A DNA stretch of 40,486 bases from an uncultured Burkholderiales bacterium (GTDB taxonomy: Bacteria > Actinomycetota > Acidimicrobiia > IMCC26256 > JAOSJL01). Location: the NCBI GenBank assembly GCA_964424125.1, contig CAYRHS010000005.1:1-40486 (forward strand). Reading direction: 5' to 3'. The first letter of the stretch is position 1; every line of letters starts with the position of its first letter. Below the pieces are notes generated by a model that was not told the DNA's origin, searched no databases, and was given only the letters and a program-made list of their open reading frames with translations. Made by a program: the position numbers and the translations under genes. This document shows positions 28,774 through 36,820 of the stretch, piece by piece.

Positions 28774-30339
28774 TCAGTGGACCCGGCGCTCCTGACGGGC
28801 CCAGTACGGCTCGCGCAGCACCTGCTTGAGGACCTTGCCCGTCGGGTTCCGGGGGAGGGCCTCGACGAGGTCCACCGACGTCGGGCACTTGTAACCCGCG
28901 AGCCGTTCCCTGCACCACGCGACGAGGTCGTCCACGGTCGGCTCGGAGCCGGGCGCGGCCACCACGATCGCCTTCACCGTCTCGCCCCAGCGGTCGTCGG
29001 GCACGCCGATGACGGCGACGTCGGCGACGCCGGGGTGCTCGACGAGCACGTGCTCGACCTCGGCCGGGTACACGTTCTCGCCGCCGGTGATGACCATGTC
29101 CTTCACGCGGTCGTGGATGAAGAGGTAGCCGTCGTCGTCCAGGTATCCGGCGTCGCCGCTGCGGAACCAGTTGTCTCCGCTCAGCGCGTCCGCGGTGGCC
29201 TCGGGCAGGTTCCAGTACCCGATCATGTTCTGGGGCGACCGGATCCACACCTCGCCGACCTCGTGCGCCGGTTGCTCCTCTCCGGTCGCGGGATCGACGA
29301 TCCGTAGCTCCGTCGAGGGGAGCGGGACGCCGGCGGAGCCGAGCCGTTCGATCCGGGGACCGTCCAGGTCGTGGTCCTCGGCGGGGAGCATCGTGATCCC
29401 GCCGCTCGTCTCGGTGAGCCCGTACATCTGGAAGAACTTGCAGCGGAACCGCTCGACGGCGCGTGTGAGGATGTCGGGAGCGATCGGTGACGCTCCGTAG
29501 GCGATCACCGCGAGGCTCGAACAGTCGGCTTCGTCGATCCGTGGATGGGCGAGCAGGAACTGGATCACGGCCGGGACGAAGACGGCATGGCTGATTCCGT
29601 GGCGCGGGACGGCACGCAGGACCTCGTCGAGATCGACGTCGCGCAACATCACGCAGTGCGCTCCCGCGGCGAGGCCGACGAGAGCCCAACCGCTGCCCGA
29701 TACGTGGAAGAGGGGCATCATGACGAGGAACGTCGAGTCGGCCTCGACGTCCCATTGCTCCCAGATCCACGGGAGGTTCTCGAGCAGGCCGGACGCAGCC
29801 AGCATCGCGCCCTTCGGGAGGCCCGTGGTTCCCGAGGTGTAGTACTGCATCGCGATCTCGTCGGCGCCTGGAGCGTGCCCCGGGTCATCGGCGGGGTACC
29901 GGTCACGCCACGCCTCGTAGTGGTCTCCGAGCGCCGAGTCGTGCTCGCCGACCACCGCGACTTTCCGAATGCCCGTGAGCTGCTGGCGGACCGTGTCGAC
30001 CTGGGGAAGCAGCTCGGCGTCGAGCACCAGCACCGTTGCCTGCGAGTCGCCGAGGACCTGCGCGATCTCGGGGGGCGCGAGGCGCCAGTTCACGGCCACG
30101 GCCACTGCTCCGAGCTTCGAGGCGCCGAAGAGGGTCTCGAAGTACTCGGGCAAGTTCTTGCCGAGCCACGCGACGCGATCCCCGGCGCCGACGCCCTCTG
30201 CCGCCAGCGCGTTCGCCACCCGGCTCGCGGCCGCGTCGAGCTCCCGGTAACTGATCGTCCGATTTTCGAAGGTGATCGCGGGGCGGTCGCCGCTGTCGCG
30301 CGCCCGCGCCCGGATCAGCTCCGCCAGTGACCGCTCCAT
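28774..30339 (-). CDS. Long-chain fatty acid/acyl-CoA ligase (FadD-like AMP-binding enzyme)
   Basis: YTSGTTGLPKG, MPLFHVSG, QMYGLTE, WFRSGDAG, DRVKDMVITGGENVYPAEVE, PRNPTGKVLK. GGAGG RBS. Confidence 0.95.
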   Translation of the reverse strand: MERSLAELIRARARDSGDRPAITFENRTISYRELDAAASRVANALAAEGVGAGDRVAWLGKNLPEYFETLFGASKLGAVAVAVNWRLAPPEIAQVLGDSQATVLVLDAELLPQVDTVRQQLTGIRKVAVVGEHDSALGDHYEAWRDRYPADDPGHAPGADEIAMQYYTSGTTGLPKGAMLAASGLLENLPWIWEQWDVEADSTFLVMMPLFHVSGSGWALVGLAAGAHCVMLRDVDLDEVLRAVPRHGISHAVFVPAVIQFLLAHPRIDEADCSSLAVIAYGASPIAPDILTRAVERFRCKFFQMYGLTETSGGITMLPAEDHDLDGPRIERLGSAGVPLPSTELRIVDPATGEEQPAHEVGEVWIRSPQNMIGYWNLPEATADALSGDNWFRSGDAGYLDDDGYLFIHDRVKDMVITGGENVYPAEVEHVLVEHPGVADVAVIGVPDDRWGETVKAIVVAAPGSEPTVDDLVAWCRERLAGYKCPTSVDLVEALPRNPTGKVLKQVLREPYWARQERRVH

Positions 30340-30376
30340 CCGACCTCCCGCCGATCCGGGGAGCGGATCCCCGAGC

Positions 30377-30392
30377 GTGAACGATAGTTAAC
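30377..30392. promoter_or_regulatory. Candidate operator, copy 1 (GTGAACGATAGTTAAC)
   Basis: Near-palindrome in the divergent fadD/phyH intergenic region. Overlaps TAACAT (TAnnnT). 15/16 identical to 31346-31361. Confidence 0.7.
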
Positions 30393-30422
30393 ATTGGTCC
30401 GGTCGCGCTCGGGAGGTCGGCC

Positions 30423-31319
30423 ATGACCGAGAAGACGAGCAGGTGGCGGCGGGACGCCGATCAGATGTTGGACGAGATCCGCGAGCACGGACTCGAATCC
30501 AACGTCGCCGAGCTCGACGTGCTCGGCTACACGGTCGTACCCCCGGAGCGGGTCGGGACGCCCGCGACGACGGAACAGCTGCGGAGCGCGGTCCTCGAGG
30601 TCGACCTCCGCCGCACCGGCCGCAAGCCCGACGTCGTCGTGGGGACGTCCCACCCGATCCAGATGCCCCTGCCGTACGTGCTCTTCGAGGACCCCATCTT
30701 CGAGGAGGCGCTGATGAACCCGGTCGCGCTGACGCTCACGACCTACCTCGTCGGTCGGAGCTGCATCCTCAACCTCGCGAACGCGTTCGTGAAAGGACCC
30801 ACGACGGATCCCGCGCTGCATCCCTTCACCCTGCACTCCGACAGCTTCGCGATCCCCGAACCGCTCCCGGAGCGGGCGCAGTACGCGAACGTCACGTGGG
30901 CGCTCACCGACTACACGCGTGCCGGCGGCGCCTTGGCCCTCGTCCCCGGGAGCCACCATCTCCGCCGCCACCCGCTCGAGTCCGAGAAGCCGCTCGTGGG
31001 CGAGCACGCGAACCCGGACGCGATCGCCGTCGAGGCGCCGGCCGGATCGCTCATCGTGTGGCACGGCAACACGTGGCACGGCTCGTACCCGCGCACCGAG
31101 CCGGGTTTGCGGGTGACCTTGGTCTTCGCGTTCTCGAGGATGTACGTCCAGACGCACGAGCGGATCCGCGAGAAGGTGACCTCCGACATGCTCGATCGCA
31201 ACCCGCCCCGGTTCGCGGTCCTCACCGGCCAGGACTCGCCGTACCGCTACCCCGACAGCGGTGCGGAGTACGAGAAGATCCCGGCCTTCTCCCGCGCCCA
31301 GGCCAGCGTCTTCGGCTGA
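30423..31319 (+). CDS. Phytanoyl-CoA dioxygenase (PhyH) family Fe(II)/2-oxoglutarate dioxygenase
   Basis: GYTVVP, LHSD (HxD), WALTDYT..GG...VPGSH, APAGSLIVWHGNTWHG, distal Arg (GLRV). GGAGG RBS. Confidence 0.92.
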   Translation: MTEKTSRWRRDADQMLDEIREHGLESNVAELDVLGYTVVPPERVGTPATTEQLRSAVLEVDLRRTGRKPDVVVGTSHPIQMPLPYVLFEDPIFEEALMNPVALTLTTYLVGRSCILNLANAFVKGPTTDPALHPFTLHSDSFAIPEPLPERAQYANVTWALTDYTRAGGALALVPGSHHLRRHPLESEKPLVGEHANPDAIAVEAPAGSLIVWHGNTWHGSYPRTEPGLRVTLVFAFSRMYVQTHERIREKVTSDMLDRNPPRFAVLTGQDSPYRYPDSGAEYEKIPAFSRAQASVFG

Positions 31320-31345
31320 GTCCTCGGACGTCCTGGCGTCCGTTG

Positions 31346-31361
31346 GTGAACGATGGTTAAC
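31346..31361. promoter_or_regulatory. Candidate operator, copy 2 (GTGAACGATGGTTAAC)
   Basis: Same motif as 30377-30392, at nearly the same distance (~30 nt) from the next ATG. Confidence 0.7.
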
Positions 31362-31393
31362 TCTGCGGGACGGGCGATCGTGGGGGGACACCA

Positions 31394-32632
31394 ATGCGCA
31401 CACGTCGGTGGCGACACCTGGTGAGGGTCGGGGCGCTGCTCGGAGTCCTGATCCTGCTCGCAACGGCGTGCGGGAACGACGACGACGGCGGCGCGAGCGA
31501 GTCCAGCTCGACGACGGATCCCGCGGCGGCGCTGAGCGGCGAGCCGATCCGGCTCATGGTGATCTTCGAGGGCACGGGAGTCTCCGCCATCCCTACCACG
31601 CCCGACGGCGCGATCGCGGCGGCCGACGCCGTCAATCGCGACGGCGGGATCGACGGGCGGCCCGTCGAGGTCGTCGAGTGCGACACGGGCAACGATCCCA
31701 ACACGGCGGCGGAGTGCGGCCGCAGGATCGTCGACGAAGGCTTCCTCGCCGCCGTGGGGAGCCTGTCGCTGCAGACCAGCGAGTACCTTCCCCAGTTGGC
31801 TCAGGCGAAGATCCCATCGGTCGGTCAGGCCCCGACGACCGCCGACACCTTCACGTCCGAGGCCTCGTTCCCCATCCAAGGTGCGGCCGTCTCATCGATC
31901 GCCGGGCTGGCCGGAGCGCTCGCCGACATGGGCTCGACGAACATCGGCCTGGCCCGTCCCGACCTCGCCGCGGGCGGTGCCATCGCGGGCATCGCGAACA
32001 CCGGGCTCGAGCGTTTCGGGATCGAGATCGGAAACGACGTCCCCGTCCCCGAGGGCGCACCCGACATGGCCCCCTTCGTCGAGGCGGCGCTCAAGGGTGG
32101 GACCGACGGGGTGCTGGTGACCCTGGCGGGCCCGGAGGCGGCGAGCTTCCTCACCGAGCTGCGCGCCACCGATCCCGACGTCCCGGTCGCCGTCGTCACA
32201 ACGTTCAGCGATGAGGTGTTCAAGTCCCTTGGTGACGCGACGGAGGGCCTGATTCTCCAGACCCAGTTCCTCGAGCCCGACTTCTCCGACGCCCCGGGCG
32301 TCCAGGAGCTCACCGACGACATGGAGGCCGCGGGCTTCGAGGACTTCTCGGGTCCTCGTCCCCCCAACTCGTGGTCGGCGGTGATGATCGTGGCCGAGGT
32401 CCTGCGCGACGCCGCCGAGATCACTCCCCAGGCCCTCTGGGACGAGCTCGGCTCGGGTCGGGAGTTCGAGACGGGGTTGACCCCGCCGGTCCAGTTCGCG
32501 ACTCCGTCGGGGAGCTTCCCGCGGATCTTCAACGCGTGCCTGATCATCACGACGATCGAGAACGGGGAGCCGGTTCCCGTGACCGGCGAGTTCCAGGACG
32601 CGATCACCGGGGAGCCCTGCGAGCAGCCGTGA
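31394..32632 (+). CDS. ABC transporter substrate-binding lipoprotein (branched-chain amino acid/Peripla_BP_6 type), orphan
   Basis: Lipobox LATAC and AVNRDGGIDGRPVEVVECDT..DPN.A..C motif of LivJ-like binding proteins. No permease or ATPase genes adjacent. Confidence 0.88.
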   Translation: MRTRRWRHLVRVGALLGVLILLATACGNDDDGGASESSSTTDPAAALSGEPIRLMVIFEGTGVSAIPTTPDGAIAAADAVNRDGGIDGRPVEVVECDTGNDPNTAAECGRRIVDEGFLAAVGSLSLQTSEYLPQLAQAKIPSVGQAPTTADTFTSEASFPIQGAAVSSIAGLAGALADMGSTNIGLARPDLAAGGAIAGIANTGLERFGIEIGNDVPVPEGAPDMAPFVEAALKGGTDGVLVTLAGPEAASFLTELRATDPDVPVAVVTTFSDEVFKSLGDATEGLILQTQFLEPDFSDAPGVQELTDDMEAAGFEDFSGPRPPNSWSAVMIVAEVLRDAAEITPQALWDELGSGREFETGLTPPVQFATPSGSFPRIFNACLIITTIENGEPVPVTGEFQDAITGEPCEQP

Positions 32633-34179
32633 GTCATCGCGACGGCGGCGTGGGCGACTTCCCGGCGACGCGGCCGAACATCCTGCTGCTCATGGCGGAC
32701 CAGCACCGCCACGACGTCATCGGGGCGGCCGGCCATCCTGTGGTCCAGACCCCGAATCTCGACCGGTTGACGGGCGAGGGCGTGCGGTTCTCCCGTGCCT
32801 ACTGCCAGGGTCCGCTCTGTATGCCGGCCCGTGTTTCCGTGCTCACGGAGCGCTACGTGCGGGACCACGGCGTGTTCGGGATCCGCACCGAAGCCGATCC
32901 GGCGTGGCCCACGTTCGTGCAGACGTTGCGCGATGCCGGATACCACACGACGTGCATCGGGAAGATGCACTTCTACCTCCACGACCGCGACGGCAACACC
33001 GCGGATCACGCCGACCAGATCGCGGCCCACGGATTCACCGAGAACATCGAGACCGTCGGCAAGCTCGCGAGCCGCCGCCTGGAGAGCCCGTACACGGACT
33101 ACCTCCGCTCGGAAGGACTCTTCGAGACCTACCGCGACTTCATCGGCGTGAGCCGCTACAGCGACTCCGTCGTCGCGGGTCAGCGCGTCGAACGGCTCCC
33201 GCTCTGGCACACGGAGTCGATCCCCCTCCCGGCAGACGCCTACATCGACGCCTGGCACGGCCGGCGCACCGCGCGGTGGATCGACGAGTACGAGGACGAC
33301 AAACCGTTCTTCTGCTGGCTCGGCTTCCCGGGCCCCCATGATCCCTGGGACGCGCCCGCCGAGTACGTCGACCGCTACCGCGAGGCCGACATCGCGCTCG
33401 ACTCGACCGTTCGGCCGACAGTTCGCCCGGACACGAGCTTCGGGACGTTCCTCGACTTCCAGCTCAACACCTTCGTCGGCACCGACGATCTCAGCGACGA
33501 GCGCATCCGCGACGTATGCCGTTACTACTACGCCAACGTGACGGTGATCGACGATGCGGTCGGCAGAATCCTCGACGCCCTCGATCGCCGAGGGATGCTC
33601 GAGAACACGTGGATCGTCTACACCTCCGACCACGGCGAGATGCTCGGGGCCCACGGGCTGCTCTCGAAGATGGTCTTCTACGAGCCTTCGGTGCTCGTCC
33701 CGCTGCTGATACGTCCTCCGGGCGGGACGACGAAGCAAGTGGTGGACGTTCCCGTCGAACACGTCGACGTGTCGACCACCTTGCGGGCCGTCGGCGGCGC
33801 AGGTGAACTCCCGGGTTCCGAAGGTCGCTCGCTGCTGGACCTGATCAGCGGCGGCGCCGCATCGTCCCGTGAGGTCGTTCACACTGAGAACCTGGGCTTC
33901 GGCGCCTTCGTCACCGACCGGTACAAGCTGGTCGTCGACGAGGACGACGTCGCACCCGCCCAGCTCTTCGACCTCGTCGAGGACCCGGAGGAAGACCGCG
34001 ACATCGTCGACGATCCCGCCTACGTGAGGGTCGTCGACGAGCTCATGGCGCGGCACGCGCGTCCGTTCTTCTCGACGCCGCCTGCGCGCCCCGAACCGAG
34101 CTTCTCCCAGCTCTTCGCCGAGCTCCAGGCGTGGAGGGCAGCGACGGAAGCGAACGGGCCGGAGGGAGGCCGAACGTGA
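32629..34179 (+). CDS. Formylglycine-dependent sulfatase-like hydrolase (paralog 1)
   Basis: RPNILLLMADQHR, TPNLDRL, CMPAR (CxPxR), GKMH, GPHDPW, YTSDHGEMLG. The GTG start overlaps the SBP stop. Confidence 0.93.
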   Translation: MSHRDGGVGDFPATRPNILLLMADQHRHDVIGAAGHPVVQTPNLDRLTGEGVRFSRAYCQGPLCMPARVSVLTERYVRDHGVFGIRTEADPAWPTFVQTLRDAGYHTTCIGKMHFYLHDRDGNTADHADQIAAHGFTENIETVGKLASRRLESPYTDYLRSEGLFETYRDFIGVSRYSDSVVAGQRVERLPLWHTESIPLPADAYIDAWHGRRTARWIDEYEDDKPFFCWLGFPGPHDPWDAPAEYVDRYREADIALDSTVRPTVRPDTSFGTFLDFQLNTFVGTDDLSDERIRDVCRYYYANVTVIDDAVGRILDALDRRGMLENTWIVYTSDHGEMLGAHGLLSKMVFYEPSVLVPLLIRPPGGTTKQVVDVPVEHVDVSTTLRAVGGAGELPGSEGRSLLDLISGGAASSREVVHTENLGFGAFVTDRYKLVVDEDDVAPAQLFDLVEDPEEDRDIVDDPAYVRVVDELMARHARPFFSTPPARPEPSFSQLFAELQAWRAATEANGPEGGRT

Positions 34180-35693
34180 CGCCGAACGTGCTCCTTCTGA
34201 TGTCGGACCAGCACCGATTCGACACGATGGGCTGCGCCGGCCATCCGGTGGTGGCGACTCCCAACCTCGATCGTCTCGCCGCGGAGGGCATGCGATTCTC
34301 GCGTGCCTACTGTCAGGGTCCGCTGTGCATCCCGGCGCGGGCCTCGTTCCTCTCCGAGCGCTATGTGCGCGACCACGGTGTGTCCGACTTCCGCTACGAG
34401 ATCCCCGTCGAGACGCCGACGTTCCTGCACGCCGTGCGGGCCGCTGGTTACCACACGGCCTGCGTCGGCAAGATGCACTTCCACCGACCCGAATACGGTG
34501 GGCGAACGAGTGACCGTCTCGCAGAGATGCGCGCCCACGGGTTCGACGATGTCATCGAGGTCATGGGCAAGACGGAGGCGATCCACGTTCGCAGCGAGTA
34601 CTCCGACTTCCTCGAGCAGCGCGGCCTCTACGATCGGTTCCGAGAGTGGATGGCGTCCAACGACTACTACGACCAGATCATCGACGGCCGCACCATCCCG
34701 CGCTCTCCGATCTGGGAGCCCGGGTCCACACCGCTGCCGACGGACGCGTTCGCAGACCTCTGGATCGCTGACCGGGTCGTGCGCTGGATCGAGGACTACG
34801 ACCGCGACGAGCCCTTCTGCTGTTGGGCCGGCTTCGTCGGCCCGCACGACCCGTGGGAGGCGCCGGCGGAGTACGTCGACCACTATCGCGATGCGGACGT
34901 CCCACTCGACACGACGGCTCGTCCCCCGCTGCCGGAGGACGAGCAGTTCCGCGTCTTCGTCGACTACTTCCTCAATGAATGGAGTCAGACCGACGGGATG
35001 ACGGACGAGGTCATCCGCGAGCTTCGCCGCTACTACTACGGAGGCGTCTCTGTCATCGACGACGCCGTCGGTCGTATCCTCACCGCGCTGGAGCATTGCG
35101 GACTCCTCGACGAGACGCTCGTCGTCTACACGTCGGACCACGGCGAGATGCTCGGAACGCACGGCTTCCTCACCAAGATGGTCTTCTACGAGCCTTCGGT
35201 GCGTGTCCCTCTCGTGATACGCCCGCCGGGGGGTTGCGCGCCGCAGGTCGTCGAGGGGATGGTGGAGCACGTCGACGTCCCCGCGACCATCCGGGCCGCC
35301 GCCGAGGCCCCTGACGTCCCGGGCTCGGAAGGCCACTCGCTGCTCGGTCACCGTTCCCGCCCCGGCGCGGGATTCACGCGAGACGTCGTGCACAGCGAGA
35401 ACTGGGGCTTCGGGCTCGTGGCGACCGAGCGGCACAAGGTGGTCGTCGACGAGGACCGTCGGGTGCCGGTGCAGTGCTTCGACCTCGACGACGATCCCGA
35501 CGAGGAGCACGACCGCATCGATGACCCCGACTTCGCGCCGACGCTCGCGGCGCTGATGGACGGTGTCGTGCGGCCCTTCTACACATCCGGCGTCTTCCGG
35601 CCCGTTGCCGACGCCAACTTCGCCGACATGCGCCGGACCATCCAGGAGCTCGCGCACCTCGCCGAAGAGCGGGGCACGACGGCCCGACCGTGA
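34176..35693 (+). CDS. Formylglycine-dependent sulfatase-like hydrolase (paralog 2)
   Basis: PNVLLLMSDQHR, CIPAR, GKMH, GPHDPW, YTSDHGEMLG. GTGA overlap with paralog 1, plus GGAGG RBS. Confidence 0.93.
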   Translation: MTPNVLLLMSDQHRFDTMGCAGHPVVATPNLDRLAAEGMRFSRAYCQGPLCIPARASFLSERYVRDHGVSDFRYEIPVETPTFLHAVRAAGYHTACVGKMHFHRPEYGGRTSDRLAEMRAHGFDDVIEVMGKTEAIHVRSEYSDFLEQRGLYDRFREWMASNDYYDQIIDGRTIPRSPIWEPGSTPLPTDAFADLWIADRVVRWIEDYDRDEPFCCWAGFVGPHDPWEAPAEYVDHYRDADVPLDTTARPPLPEDEQFRVFVDYFLNEWSQTDGMTDEVIRELRRYYYGGVSVIDDAVGRILTALEHCGLLDETLVVYTSDHGEMLGTHGFLTKMVFYEPSVRVPLVIRPPGGCAPQVVEGMVEHVDVPATIRAAAEAPDVPGSEGHSLLGHRSRPGAGFTRDVVHSENWGFGLVATERHKVVVDEDRRVPVQCFDLDDDPDEEHDRIDDPDFAPTLAALMDGVVRPFYTSGVFRPVADANFADMRRTIQELAHLAEERGTTARP

Positions 35694-36820
35694 GCCGGGC
35701 CGTCTCGAACCCGGCCGGCGACCGACTGTTCGGGCTCGTCGAGGCATACGCCGAGCTCGGCGATCACCGGACGGGCAGCGACGTGGACGCCGCCACCTCG
35801 GACTGGTTCGCCGCCGAGCTCGAGGCCCGCGGCGCGGTTGTCGAGACGTTCCCGTTCGACTTCGACGTCTATGAGGCCGAAGCGTCCGTGGCAATCGACG
35901 GGCAGTCGGTCGATTCGCTGCCCTTGTTCTACGAAGCCGTGGGCTCGCTGGAGACCGCCACGCCGGCGGTGGCGGAGCTGCAGTTCGTCGGGGGGTTCCT
36001 CCCCGGTGAGGTGGATCAGGTGGTCGCGTCGGCGCGCGCCGACGCGCCGACATCGGTCGGGGCGGTCGTGCTCGCGACCCGTGGTCACGGCAACCGACTG
36101 GTTGCGCTCAATCGTGCGCCGGAGCTTCGTGACGGCACCCCCTCGGTGCTCGTGGCGGGCCGCGAGCTCGATGCGCTCACGGACGGTTCGATCAGAGTTC
36201 GATGGGAGGCGAGGATCGCCCCGGGGTCGTCGACGAACGTGATCGGGCTCGTCGGAGGGTCTGCCCCCGACCCGTATGTGATCGCGACGCCGCTGTCCGG
36301 CTGGTTCGCGTGCGCCGGTGAGCGGGGGACCGGGATCGCGCTCGCTCTGGAGGCGGCGAAGGAGTTGGCGGCTACGCACCCCGTGCTCGTAGTCGGGACG
36401 GCGGGACACGAGCTCGAGTACCTGGGCCAGCGCCGGCTCCTCCCCGAGCTCTCGTCGCGTATCGATCGACCGCGTGCGGTGGTCCATCTCGGCGCGGGCG
36501 TCGCGGTGGGAGAGCTCGCCGAGGGCGGGGGGTTCTCCGCGCCCGCCCTACGGCTCGCCATGGTCGCGGCTCGCGGGGGTGCGTCAGCCTCGTTGGCGGA
36601 GGTGCTCAGGCCGGCCGGCTACGAGGTCGGACCCGGACCGGCGATCTGGCCGGGCGAGGGCGAGGCGTGGCGTCAGCACGGAGCACCGACCCTGTCGCTG
36701 ATCTCGGCGGTCGAGCGGATCCATACCCGTGACGACCTTCCCGAGCAGACGACGAGCCCCGCGATCCTGGCGGACGTCCACCGCGCGATCGTGGACGCGA
36801 TGCAACGGCTCGTGCGATGA
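35690..36820 (+). CDS. Hypothetical protein, divergent M28/Zn-exopeptidase-like fold
   Basis: HRTGS...W...L N-terminus, NVIG strand, CAGERGTG, GHELEYLG, HTRDD. The motif order matches M28 peptidases but the ligand residues differ. Translationally coupled on both sides (GTGA, ATGA). Confidence 0.7.
   Translation: MSRAVSNPAGDRLFGLVEAYAELGDHRTGSDVDAATSDWFAAELEARGAVVETFPFDFDVYEAEASVAIDGQSVDSLPLFYEAVGSLETATPAVAELQFVGGFLPGEVDQVVASARADAPTSVGAVVLATRGHGNRLVALNRAPELRDGTPSVLVAGRELDALTDGSIRVRWEARIAPGSSTNVIGLVGGSAPDPYVIATPLSGWFACAGERGTGIALALEAAKELAATHPVLVVGTAGHELEYLGQRRLLPELSSRIDRPRAVVHLGAGVAVGELAEGGGFSAPALRLAMVAARGGASASLAEVLRPAGYEVGPGPAIWPGEGEAWRQHGAPTLSLISAVERIHTRDDLPEQTTSPAILADVHRAIVDAMQRLVR

Noticed and set aside
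30377-30392. KstR box or ECF sigma promoter
   Set aside because: The AAC-GTT spacing is 4 nt (KstR has 2), and GAAC/GTT are far too close to be a -35/-10 pair.
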